From Thraustochytrium aureum (Eukaryota): a stretch of DNA of 52,496 nt. Under the pieces are notes generated by a model, which did no database searches, had not been told where the DNA came from, and saw nothing but the letters and a program-made list of their open reading frames with translations. Position 1 is the stretch's first letter; each line of letters begins with the position of its first letter. A program made the translations under genes and the position numbers. This document shows positions 43,308 to 52,496 of the stretch, piece after piece. The stretch spans positions 96,561 through 149,056 of the forward strand of contig BLSG01000149.1 in the NCBI GenBank assembly GCA_012862495.1. Direction: 5' to 3'.

Positions 43308-44741
43308 ATGGGATGCTACTCGTCGCGCCCAGTCCTCGCCCTGCCCGAAGAGGGCGGAGACTTTTGCACCAACAGCGCAGCACCCAAATCCCTGGCTCAG
43401 GCTGGATGGCAAACGCAAGCCGTCAATCTGGCCGCTACGGACGCTCAAGCTTGCCTGCAAGACAAGCTTGCCCCACCACAGGAGCGCTTCGAACCGAGCT
43501 CGACGGCCAACGAGAGGCAAACGAATCAAGGAGACGGAGGCGCACAAAAGCCAGTTCGCCGCTCAAGCTATGGCGCGGCCAAAGCCGAAGGGCGCGGCAG
43601 CCTCGAACGCCCCAATCCATCACAAGAAAGCATCGAGGTCGATGGCGCAGTTACGTCAAGCGGGCACCGGATGCGGCGCGACAGCGGATCTGCCGACAGC
43701 AACCGGTCCTCTTCTTCGCGTGGAGTGTCAGGCTCGGGGTCACAGAGCAGCGAGGAAGAATTTTTCGGCCTTGACATGAACTACAACGAGATCGAGCTTC
43801 GGGAGAGTATCGGAAGCGGCACGTACGGACAAGTCTTCAAATGCCGGTACAAGGGCAAGCTGTTCGCTCTTAAAAAGGTCTTTCTTCCCGAAAGCCCCAT
43901 GGAGCGAGCCGAGATGCTCGAAGACTTTGCCAAAGAGGTCGGGATTCTCTCTGTGCTACGGCACGACCGAATTGTCTCGTTCAAGGGAGCAGTTCGTAAG
44001 CATCCGACGTATGCGTTGCTCTTTGAGCTTTGCGAGGGCTGCGTTGGCACCTTGTTGCGCATGGTCCGACGCCGCAAGGTCCAAGTCACGTGGTCGATCT
44101 GCATCACGATCGCGAAGGATTGCGCCGAGGCAGTTGCATACCTTCACTCGCTCCGGCCGCGGATCATTCACCGTGACCTTAAGGCTGAAAACCTGCTCTT
44201 GACGTCGCGGTTCCGCTGCAAACTCACCGACTTTGGGCTGTCCCGCGTCTATGAGGGACGAAAGCGCACTATGACGGTGTGTGGTACCCCGTGCTGGGTT
44301 GCGCCAGAAATTTTCCGCGGGGAGCCGTACAATGAGAAGATTGATGTATATTCGTTCGGGGTGGTGCTCTGGGAGCTTTTCGCTGGCAAGAAGCCGTACA
44401 CCGAGTACGAATCTGTCGAACTTCCGTATCGCGTTGGAAAGAAAGGGCTGCGCCCACCGCTGCTTCGTCATTGCCCTCCCTCGATCAACCGGCTTATGAA
44501 AGACTGCTGGAACGAGAGTGCTGCGATGCGGCCCACGTTTCCGGAGATTCAAAAGCGGCTCGCGCTCATTGAAGGGGAGCTTGAGAACGCGTCAGTAATC
44601 AACTCTCCGGCACATCAAACCAAGGTTTCGTGGGGGCAGCAGGTTGCCATGTCTCGAGCGTCCAGCGAAGGGTTGGCGCCGGGCAACAACAACCTTAGCA
44701 GCACCGCCCGAACCAACGCTCGCACAAGCACGGTGGCCTAG
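43308..44741 (+). CDS. TKL-group protein kinase with N-terminal MGC acylation motif
   Basis: Motifs IGSGTYGQV, ALK, F.KEV.ILS.LRH, IHRDLKAEN, DFG, GTPCWVAPE, DVYSFGVVLWE and CW...RP.F. The MGCYSS start is at 43308. Confidence 0.96.
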   Translation: MGCYSSRPVLALPEEGGDFCTNSAAPKSLAQAGWQTQAVNLAATDAQACLQDKLAPPQERFEPSSTANERQTNQGDGGAQKPVRRSSYGAAKAEGRGSLERPNPSQESIEVDGAVTSSGHRMRRDSGSADSNRSSSSRGVSGSGSQSSEEEFFGLDMNYNEIELRESIGSGTYGQVFKCRYKGKLFALKKVFLPESPMERAEMLEDFAKEVGILSVLRHDRIVSFKGAVRKHPTYALLFELCEGCVGTLLRMVRRRKVQVTWSICITIAKDCAEAVAYLHSLRPRIIHRDLKAENLLLTSRFRCKLTDFGLSRVYEGRKRTMTVCGTPCWVAPEIFRGEPYNEKIDVYSFGVVLWELFAGKKPYTEYESVELPYRVGKKGLRPPLLRHCPPSINRLMKDCWNESAAMRPTFPEIQKRLALIEGELENASVINSPAHQTKVSWGQQVAMSRASSEGLAPGNNNLSSTARTNARTSTVA

Positions 44742-45812
44742 GGGAGAGTGACTCCCGGGACTTGTTAGCTAGCTAGCTCAACTTTCTTTGACTCAACCGA
44801 GCGCTCCTTGATTTGGCTCTGGCTCTACTAGAGATCACCGCCAAGCCACTCGCGAAGGAAAGCTGCCAAAAACGAATCTCCAGTGGGGTTCTGAACGGCT
44901 CGGAGTCGAGCCATCGCGGCCCCCAACTGTCTGAACTACTTACCTCGCACCCGTACCAGTTGCGCCACCACCTGGGCTGTGTCATTGAAGAGGCTCCACG
45001 CTGGTAGAGGACTCAGACCAGCCCATTGGGGCTGGGGAGCCTGCGGGGAAGCAAAGGTACTTGAGGTTCCCTACATGCGACGAGTGACGCAACATTTGCC
45101 AGAATACAGCTGCTGTAGAGGCTGACACGGGCAAGACTTTGGTGACAATCTTGTCGATAATCAATCACTCACCTGCGGGCCCTTGTTGAAACGCTGCTAC
45201 AGGGACGGCATCCAGCTGGTCGGAAAGCACCGCCTGTCAGAGCGGATGGCGCGAAATGGCGCATGTCGGATTGCTACCGCCCGAGCCACCGTCCCGGGAG
45301 GACCTTCGAGCAGCTCCCCGCACGATCTCGGCATCGGCCCGGTCTGCTTTGTTCGGATTGACGGGCTGCCGCGCGCGCGGAGAAGCGGAAGGCGATCCTC
45401 GGCACAGATTCGCCGATGACGAGTGGGCGTGCAACCTGGGCATTTCTCCTCTTCAAGGCGGCCCCGACGAGGACTTGCCAGCACTGTCCCCGTACCGACC
45501 CTATTGGTTCGTGCCTTCCCCCCCTCCCCCTTCTTCCCCTGTGGAGGAGGGCTGGCATGCCCTGCCTTGCATTTGCGTTGGCCGTTTCTCGGGGCTGCTA
45601 ACCGCGCCGAGACGGAGACTATGCTGGTGTGGCGGTCCAGAGCGAGCGCCTGGCATGCATCAGACGCTCACACCCTGAGGCGGAAAAGGCTTCGCGAAAG
45701 CGTGGCGAGCTAGCACGGGTGAGCAGTAGGCCTAGTGCTGCATGAGTGGCGTTATTGGGTCTCGTGGAAACAAATGTAATTCTTTCGGTTCTTCTTGCTG
45801 TCACTGTCGCTC

Positions 45813-46712
45813 CTACTGTTGAGCGCAGCCTTCGCCAAGCTGTGATGGGTCGAGGCCGGGCGGGAGGGGAGGCGGCCCGCCCGCTCCCCCGCCCATCGTT
45901 GGCATGATCGGGACGCCATCTTCCCCAATCTCAAGACCGGGGGCGAGCTCTTTCAAGATCTCCACAGGCGGCTGACCAAACTCTTGCACCTCTTGCAAAA
46001 GCTCACTCAGCCTACCAAAGTTGTCAGGCTCTGTGTCGTACGTTGCAAGGATGCGCTGATAGTACTGGTACTGCTTGCCAAAGCGCTCGTACTCGGCATC
46101 GTCCAGCTTGCCCTTGTTGTCAGCGAGCCACTCGGGAAACTTTTCGCAGACTTGCTTGATTGGCTCGTACATCACCTCGCGGCTCAACAGTTGCTGCATC
46201 ATACCGTCAATCATAGACTGAAAGTCCTCCTTGTCGCCCATCTTGGAGAACGACTTCATCATTTCGTTCATGATCTGCTCGCCCATGGCCTCAGCCTGCC
46301 CCGCGTCCGCACCCTCGAGACCTTGCGCAGCCTCAGAGAGGGACTTTAACGTCCTGGCCAGGTTTTCGTCGTCTCCACTGCTGCCAAACCCGTCTAGGCC
46401 CTGGCCACCGCCCAGGCCCTTGATCGTCTCCTCAAGTGTTTTCGCAAACTCGGGATCCTCCAGCTGCTTGAGGAGGTCGGTGGCGTCAGCTTCACTGAAA
46501 CCGGCACCGTCGAGGCCGCCTCCTGCGGCAGCTGCTCTGGCTGCATTTTCCTCGGCCTCCTTGGCTGCTTGAGCAGAGGACTCTGCGGCTTGCTTGACCG
46601 CGTTGGACAGGTCTGCTCTCTGGAGGTCTGCTGTCTCGTCGTCCTCGCCTGAGTCGACCTCGTCCAGCGCGCTGTTCAGCAGGTCGTCCAGGTCGTCGTC
46701 CTGGCCCGCCAT
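45813..46712 (-). CDS. PEX19: peroxisomal biogenesis factor 19
   Basis: N-terminal DDLDDLL.SALD, MQQLLSREVMYEP, FPEWL, Q..GQPP.EI and C-terminal CaaX (CAQQ). Confidence 0.95.
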   Translation of the reverse strand: MAGQDDDLDDLLNSALDEVDSGEDDETADLQRADLSNAVKQAAESSAQAAKEAEENAARAAAAGGGLDGAGFSEADATDLLKQLEDPEFAKTLEETIKGLGGGQGLDGFGSSGDDENLARTLKSLSEAAQGLEGADAGQAEAMGEQIMNEMMKSFSKMGDKEDFQSMIDGMMQQLLSREVMYEPIKQVCEKFPEWLADNKGKLDDAEYERFGKQYQYYQRILATYDTEPDNFGRLSELLQEVQEFGQPPVEILKELAPGLEIGEDGVPIMPTMGGGAGGPPPLPPGLDPSQLGEGCAQQ

Positions 46713-47443
46713 GGCGTCCACGGCAGCTGCTTGAACCGCGTCGGCCTGCACCTTGGTCGCGCTGTTTTTCGCTGCTCACGGGGGCGCGGCGGGCTCTGGG
46801 TCTGGTGCTCGGCTCGTTGGCTGCGACAGGGCGGAGAGCGCGCGCGTGCTGCGGGCCTGTGCAAGCAGAGCGTCCGCTGTCCGCTCTCGAGGGTCAAAAC
46901 GAAATTCCCACCTAGAGTAAGTAAGGGTACTTGCCCGCTGTGTAGGCTAGTCGTGGTCGTCACAGGGGCCGTCGCAAAACGCGCGTCTGCCGTTCGGTGT
47001 TCGCTGGCGCACCCGCGTCTGCAAGAACAAGCCACACAGACCACGAGCGGCCTTCGTCACACGAGGAACACCTGTGACGATCGGGAGGAGTGCCGCTTCA
47101 TACGCTGTCACAAGTGCGGCACGGGCGGCTGTCGCTCAGCGAAAGCAAGCACCGGTCGAACTGCCTGCACACAGCTGGCCGCACGCGTGCTACGAGACAG
47201 GCAAGAGGGGCGGGCCCTAAAAGAAACAACAGGCTGAGCTGCGAGCCAGTTCGTCTGGCTGGACCGGACTCGCGCTGCACAGAAAGGCTCAAACGAGGAG
47301 CGTTCAAGTACGTCGGCAGAGATTCGGAAATAGGGGGCACGAGGAGGCGCCGCAGGGCGAGAACACAGCCCGGGACGCGTGTACCCGCTCATCGCGATTC
47401 TCTTACCTGCTCCGTCTTCGCTCGAGGACTGGACGCAACCGAG

Positions 47444-48285
47444 ATGCTTGCAACACGAATTTCAGTTTTCTCTGCGGGCAAGCGCTGCCTCGTGGGGCCG
47501 CTTAGACCAGGTGCTGCAGGGCCACGCTGCGCAGCCAACGCTCGCCTACAAAGTTCTGGTAGTAGACCAGCAGCGTGCGGACCGGGCTCGACCATGCGCA
47601 CAGGCGTCATATCTCCAGGAAAATTTCGCGGCACAGGCGGTTGGTGCGAACAAAGGATGCACAGCACGGCACCGGCTGCAAAACCGAAGACGGTAAGCTT
47701 TTAGGGCTGCTCGGATCACAGCGAAAGCCAATGTATTGGTTTCTAATGGGCTGGTCGACTCGTGCAGAACAAGTATCTGGAAATGGTGCACAAGTACGGC
47801 CTCCTCGCCGTCGTCTTCCACACCGGCGTCTGGACCCTCGCTCTAGGCGGCATCTTTGTGGCCCTGCACCACGACGACTTTCAGGTGGACGTCGTTCTCG
47901 ACTGGGTCCTGCCAGAGGTACGTGCCGCATGCCACACAAGCCGAAGCTTCCGCGGCGCCCAGGGCTGGCCAGCGTTAGCGTTGCCCGTCGAACTTGGTTG
48001 GCTAACTCTCGCAAGTTGCAGTCCATGGAAGAACGGAAGAATAACCTTCTTGAGGCGGCGCATTCGGAGTATGGCAAGTTTGTCATCGCATACGCACTAA
48101 CAGCGGCGACATCCCCAGTCCGGCTCGCCGTCACCGTGGCTGCTGCACCGGCTCTTGCCAAGGGCATCTTGCGCCTAAACAACCCATACTTGAACAAGCT
48201 CGCGCTGCACAACGAACTCGTTGAGCGGCTCTTCACCAACCCCTTGTCTATCTTCAGAAGACGCCGCCCGCCACCGAATACTTGA
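47444..48285 (+). CDS. DUF1279/FAM210-like mitochondrial membrane protein (three exons)
   Basis: Exons 47444-47692, 47768-47917 and 48022-48285 with GT-AG introns and ctaa[t/c] branch sites. Motifs KYG..AV.FH..VW and G.FVIAYAL.....PVRLA.TV...P, with an Arg-rich presequence. Confidence 0.85.
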
Positions 48286-49066
48286 AGAAATGGGCTAGCT
48301 AGCTAGCTTTGTCAACACGATAGACGAACAAAATGAAAACGGCAACAACCAACCCCATTTGGGAAATTGGGATCGATCGATAGATAGGCCTAATCCAATC
48401 CATGTGGTTGGTGGTGTTGTTACTTACTGCTCTACGTAGCGCGAAAAGACGGGACGCCCGGTGCGACCTCAAAAGCAAAGTGAAATGCCCAACCAAGGTC
48501 AGGCAGCACCAACTCGCCGCGCCACGCTGGAGAGGGCCGGCCCAGCCCGGCCCCATGATCGATCCGATCGATCGGTACGGATCCATCCCCCAATTTGCCT
48601 TGGCAAGGAACTATGAGTTGAATGGACCAGGAAGGATCGATCGATCGATCTTCAGGCTCCTCAGGAGATCGGGACGCTCCTTGAGAATAAAATAAAATAA
48701 AAATGCTCCTTTGCAACCAACTCCTTTGCTTGCTTGGCCACAACGAAAGCAAGCACATTGCTGGTTGCAATGAATGTCGTGACACGTCACAGACGTGAGT
48801 TCGACTCGAGTTCGAGATAAAAAAATTAGAACGGCATCGTTTCTCTCCCAGCTAGGCTAGCTCTAGAGCTAGGTCTAGCTCTACTAGTAGAGCACCATCG
48901 GCGATAGAGCGGTCACCGAAGCTCGACGTCGAACAGGACCAAGGCGTGCGTGATGTCATCACTCTAGAAGCAACAATTATTGGCGTCGTTCGCCGAAACG
49001 TTTTCAGTAATTATTGGTACTGTTCGTTGAGCGCCAACCCGCGCCCCTTCGCCATGGATTCTAAAG

Positions 49067-49500
49067 CTACTCGTAAATCGCTTGTTTTGCCTCACAGTTG
49101 ACGTGTCCATGGACGTCAGCGACTAACCGCCCTTCCGTGGCAGACGCGAGAGCTAACCGTTTACCTTCCGTGGCAATCACTTTTAAAACAGAAGCTTGGC
49201 TTGACCTGGAGTCGGGATACTGCAGGACTCGTAGCGACCAGCAAGCCGGTGTTTCTGCAGTTGTCACGGTGGTGTCCGTCGGTGAGATCGATGGGGAGAG
49301 TTGGAAGGGCTGGCTGATAGACGGGCTTTTCGAGGGGCTCACTGTCGGGCTCATCGAAGGGCTGGCTGCCCAGGCGTGGGGCTCACCGATGGGGGCTATT
49401 CGAGGGGCTGGGCTCACTCACTGTCAGGCTGAATGAGGGGCTCAATGACGGGGACTGGCTGGAAAAGGGGGACGGACGTGCTTCGGTCGGGGCGGCCTTT
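49067..49500 (-). pseudogene. possible decayed Ser/Pro/Thr-repeat (mucin-like stalk) coding relic
   Basis: SPSxSP/SPT peptide repeats appear in two different frames (ORFs 49067-49417 and 49383-49745) with no clean start. Confidence 0.35.
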
Positions 49501-49741
49501 TCCCGGCCTTGCGCGGAGCTTCCTCGCGAACGGGTGCTCCATGATGGCCTGCCTACACATGCATCAAGGAGCGCCTTTCCGAGGCGCAAGCGGGCAGGCG
49601 TACTAGTAGTCGGGGCAACGCGCAAGTATCGAGCTTGGAAACAAAAACGATTCCTTAGTGCACGTTTTGGTAAACCTCTGGTCGGCAAATATTGCCACAA
49701 GCGGCCCCCTCGAAGCGCGTCAGCGCGCGCCAAGGCTCTCC

Positions 49742-50880
49742 TCACGCCGTACCGGCTTGAGGGGCTCGCAACAGCCCGAGACGCGTGGAGAGCAAATCAA
49801 GCACAGCTGGGTGCGAGACGCGGTAAACCGTGCAGTCCTCGTCGTCTGGCGTGTAGAAATGGGCATAGATATCGTCGAGCGGGACGCCGACCACCTCTGC
49901 CGTGTCGCGCTTGAGTCCATCAGAGAGCGCCAGGTTAAGCAAGGGGAGCAGCACACGGTCCAGCGAGAGCATCGAGCAAAATGTGTCTATGTACGGCACA
50001 AAGAGTTGCCGGATGAGCTCACCCCCCGGTGAAAGCATCGCGTTTGCCACCCCAAAAGCCGTCCCGAAGCCGTTCAGCGCGGGTATTTCGCAGGCCTCCC
50101 CCCTGCAGTACAGAGCTGGCCACGCGAACGGTTGCCCCTGAAACTGGGCGTCCCAAAACGCCAGAACGTGCTTTTGGAAGCACGGCGCAGAGTGAAAGAG
50201 CGCCGCCGCCTTTGCGTCGTCAAAAAACATCGCCTCGGGGTCCCCAATAGCGCCAATAGCCGCCAACAGCAGCGCCCTAAACACGTTCCGCCCGTGCACG
50301 CGCATATCGCCGTACTCGGTCTCGCGAAATATGTGGGACCTGTAGAACGCCTCGCACGGCACCACAAAGGTGAGCAAAAACGCGCGCTCCTTGAGCAACC
50401 CCAACTTGGCAGCAAGAGCCTCGTGCAAGCGCTCGGCAGGCGTCACCGGCGCAGTGCCTTTGGCCTTGGCAGCCTCACAGGCCGCCTCGGCCACGGCATG
50501 AAAGCAGTCGAGCTTTTGCGCGCCGCACATTCGCATCGACTTTTGGATGAGGTCGCCCAGCGAATAGAGCTGGCTGTCGTCGGAGCTCCGTGCAGCGAGG
50601 ATCGCGAGCGCGGGCACAACAAGTTCGCAGTGCTGGCCGAGCTCCTCGTCCCGAGAGAATGAGACCAGCAGAGACGCGGGGCATTGGGCTCGCCGCGCAA
50701 AATTCTGCAAGCCATTAGCGGCGTCGAATCCTGCCGCGGCGGCTGCTTGCTCCAGCACGCGCCGAGCCTGGCCGAACGGGTCCAACGCGAGGCCGGCGGG
50801 CGACAAGCCGCATTTTGCCGCCGCCGGGGCGAATTCCACGGGGAGTCTGCGCGTGGGGGCCGTCCAAGCGCGCATGATTA
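49742..50880 (-). CDS. helical protein/domain of unknown function, 5' part in gap, may be the 3' end of the gene to its right
   Basis: About 378 uninterrupted codons with globular-protein composition. Confidence 0.65.
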
Positions 50881-51007
50881 NNNNNNNNNNNNNNNNNNNN
50901 NNNNNNNNNNNNNNNNNNNNNNNNNNNNNNNNNNNNNNNNNNNNNNNNNNNNNNNNNNNNNNNNNNNNNNNNNNNNNNNNNNNNNNNNNNNNNNNNNNNN
51001 NNNNNNN

Positions 51008-52496
51008 AGCGGCGCAGGCTCGCGATCCCTTCCTCGGAGCCGTCAAAGTCGGCTATCCGCGCGCGTGCCCAGTCGGACCCAAAGAGGTGCTGGCTTTGAG
51101 CGGCGCTCGGGGCCTCGGGCAATGGCCGCAGCAGGCGGCAAGCGATGGAGGTGCCGGCTGGGAGTGGCGAGGAGTCCAACATGCTGATTGCGTACGCCTT
51201 GCGGGTCGCTCGGTCTACAAATGCGATGATTCCCAACTGCGAGCCTTGCGCCTTGCAGTATAGCTCCGTAGTCTCAAGGGCATCCTCGTGGACGTCAAAC
51301 TGGAGGTCGATCAGGGAATTCGTGCCGCCAGCGGGACAAACGTGCCACTCGCGTTCCAGCACGCGCCGCTGGACCACGTCGTCTTGGAACGCGCTGCCTT
51401 GGCGCTCAGGGGCGCTGACGAGCTCCACCACGAGGTCTTGGCCCCAGCCGGAAGGGCTGTCGGTGCGGCGCGTCAGCAGTAACGCTGCGCAACCCCTCCG
51501 CTTGTCGGGGAGTTCCAGAAGCGTAATCGCAAACCGGTCAGGATACCACTTGGCGTACTCTGCGACCAGGACGGGGACCCCTTCAACGCCTCGAAGCGCA
51601 GCGGCAGAGACCTTGGTCTCCACAACCGGACCAGCACCAGCTGCACTGCTGTGGACCGATCCGACACGGACAGTCGTCCTCGTTTCCTTCGCAAAGCGAG
51701 CCGTGCCCCGCGCGCTGCTCTTTCTGTTCCCCATCGGGCGGCTCGTGTTACGCGTCTGTACACCGCGTGTCACCGTGGAATTCCTGCTCCTCGGTATTCT
51801 ACTCACCACGGCTCTCCCCGGGGAATTCTCCTGCACTAGTACGGAACTGCTCTCTCGCGTCTGTGCACTCACCTTCTCCAGCGCGCGAACGGCCATCCTC
51901 GACCGTGCCCGTGCCCTCGCGACGCAGGAGCCTGCGCAGGAGTTCAGCACGAACGCTTCGTCCGGCCTCAGCCTCATTGAAAGCCGAGAAATTCGCTTGG
52001 CCGCTGCGCTCGCCATGGCCGCCGCAGACTTTCTCCAGCTCTTTCTGTCCCGCAGCATGCTCTCTTTCGCAAGCATCTCCGCCAGAGCCTTGCTTTCGCC
52101 TGGGGGCAGCTTGGCTTAGTCCTCGGCCGTCGTGTGACGTGCAGCTCGCACCCGATCGTCGACTCGTGCGTCGCAACAGGTCGAGCTCTTGCCCGCCGCG
52201 CCTTTGCCGACGTTCATCAGCTTGGCGCGGCCCCAAGGAACCGCCTTATCGTCGCGAATGGCGTCCGCGCCGGCCTTGCCGAAGTCGTCCGCTTGCTGCT
52301 TGGCCACAGAGACGCAGGCTTCGATCCGTGCAACGATGTCATCTCAGATTCCGCCAGGGAGACTGTAGAACAGGAACTTATTGGTCAGCGCGCTGCGAGT
52401 GTACAGGACTGTCCGTGAGTGACTTACCCGATGGTCTGCAACGCGAGGCGGTCCTCCCGCAGCAGCTTCTCCAGAACGTCAGCAAATATGCAACAG
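51008..52496 (-). pseudogene. disrupted gene with Roc (Roco) GTPase P-loop remnant followed by an unrelated open frame, extends beyond the window
   Basis: PWGRAKLMNVGKGAAGKSST, then ATHESTIGCEL in another frame, an in-frame TAA at 52116-52118, then ORF 52076 to 51008. A gtaagt donor lies near 52427. Confidence 0.55.

Noticed and set aside
51145..52119. 324-aa plus-strand ORF and many similar long antisense ORFs across the window
   Set aside because: Shadow ORFs are expected in GC-rich coding DNA. The composition is Ser/Arg/Ala-rich with no domain.

Overview
GC-rich, gene-dense eukaryotic DNA with eight N gaps. It carries short GT-AG introns, A-rich leaders, tetranucleotide microsatellites and eukaryote-specific genes (PEX19, CABLES-like, polycystin channel, TKL kinase, mitochondrial carrier). 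The overall style suggests a heterotrophic protist such as a thraustochytrid/labyrinthulomycete, which is an inference only. About 22 protein-coding loci can be supported, and I saw no rRNA, tRNA, CRISPR array or intact transposon. The most striking item is an intronless gene at 8323-8916 whose protein follows the bacterial type VI secretion tube protein Hcp/TssD along its whole length. It has an added hydrophobic N-terminal leader, sits among host-type genes, and no other T6SS gene is present in the window. Other notable items are a TMEM129-type RING E3 ligase with an inserted jacalin lectin domain, a membrane protein with a bacterial-style Ig domain, an M42 peptidase with a mitochondrial-type presequence, a decayed Roc GTPase, and positionally biased non-coding motifs (CTAG/AGCT clusters after stop codons, sense-strand (GGCA)n before starts). 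Several frameshifts at short homopolymers and at least two false gaps look like assembly artefacts. All family calls are motif recognition by eye and no database search was run.
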